NCBI RefSeq assembly: GCF_004010195.1
Contig: NC_057719.1
Coordinates: 59,965,410 to 60,029,409 of the forward strand
DNA: 64,000 nt
DNA from: Chiloscyllium plagiosum
Taxonomy: Eukaryota
Direction of reading: 5' to 3'
The notes beneath the pieces are model-generated. The model saw nothing but the letters and a program-made list of their open reading frames with translations. It was not told the DNA's origin and ran no database searches. The position numbers were made by a program, and so were the translations under genes. This document shows positions 63,578-64,000 of the stretch, in pieces; the first letter of the stretch is position 1; each line of letters begins with the position of its first letter.

Positions 63578-63728
63578 GGAGGCCACAAGGTAAACAGTGA
63601 ACAACACCAGAGGGAGCATTGGTTTGGACACAGACATCCAGGGAAAAGACTGGTGAATGTGGATGCTAGCACATGTGAGAGAGATCTGATAACATTCCAG
63701 GAAATCATCACTAAACCTTTTCAAAAAA

Positions 63729-63892
63729 AAACCTAAGAGAACTGCGGATTCTGTAAATGAAAAACAAAAACAAAAATTGCTGGAAAAACTCAGCAAATCT
63801 GGCAGGGTCACTGGACCCAAAATGTTAATTCTGATTTCTCTTCACGGATGCTGCCAGACCTACTGGACTTTTCCAGCAACTTCTGTTTTTGT
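63729..63892. mobile_element. Palindromic family B mini-element
   Basis: ~35-nt leader, inverted arms 63764-63805 / 63851-63892, and stem-II remnant gggtcactggaccc between them. Confidence 0.8.
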
Positions 63893-64000
63893 ACCAAAAT
63901 TTTTCTGACTGTTCATCAAGATGTGTAGCCATTTAGATTTTGAAAATCCCTACCCATGAGTCTCAATATTATAATGGCTTTCTATAATTGTATGGGCTTC

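Overview
This is eukaryotic genomic DNA from a cartilaginous fish. HE1-type SINEs, HER1/CR1 LINEs and a DeuSINE-like element point to a shark; the species cannot be fixed from the sequence alone. The only clear host gene is EGLN3 (PHD3, HIF prolyl hydroxylase) on the + strand. Coding exons 2-5 lie at 9991-10110, 13529-13665, 20506-20579 and 20667-20698, with an AU-rich 3' UTR carrying overlapping miR-17 and miR-130 seed sites; exon 1 is upstream of the window. Much of the rest is decayed, often nested retroelements: CR1 LINEs (one near full-length with esterase ORF1, split by a Rex1/Babar LINE), HE1 SINEs, Penelope-like elements (PLEs), an RTE fragment, Gypsy remnants and a TA-flanked MITE. 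The most interesting signal is a set of short elements in at least three families, several of them palindromic. Two of the families match the 3' ends of PLEs in this window. They carry minimal type-I hammerhead ribozyme cores (CUGANGA-stemII-GAAA-palindromic tetramer), often a 33-nt unpaired tail, and 9-17 bp target-site duplications. Inside EGLN3, every copy with an intact core is antisense to the transcript. Repeat boundaries are read by eye and approximate. Almost all short ORFs in the track are repeat fragments or noise.
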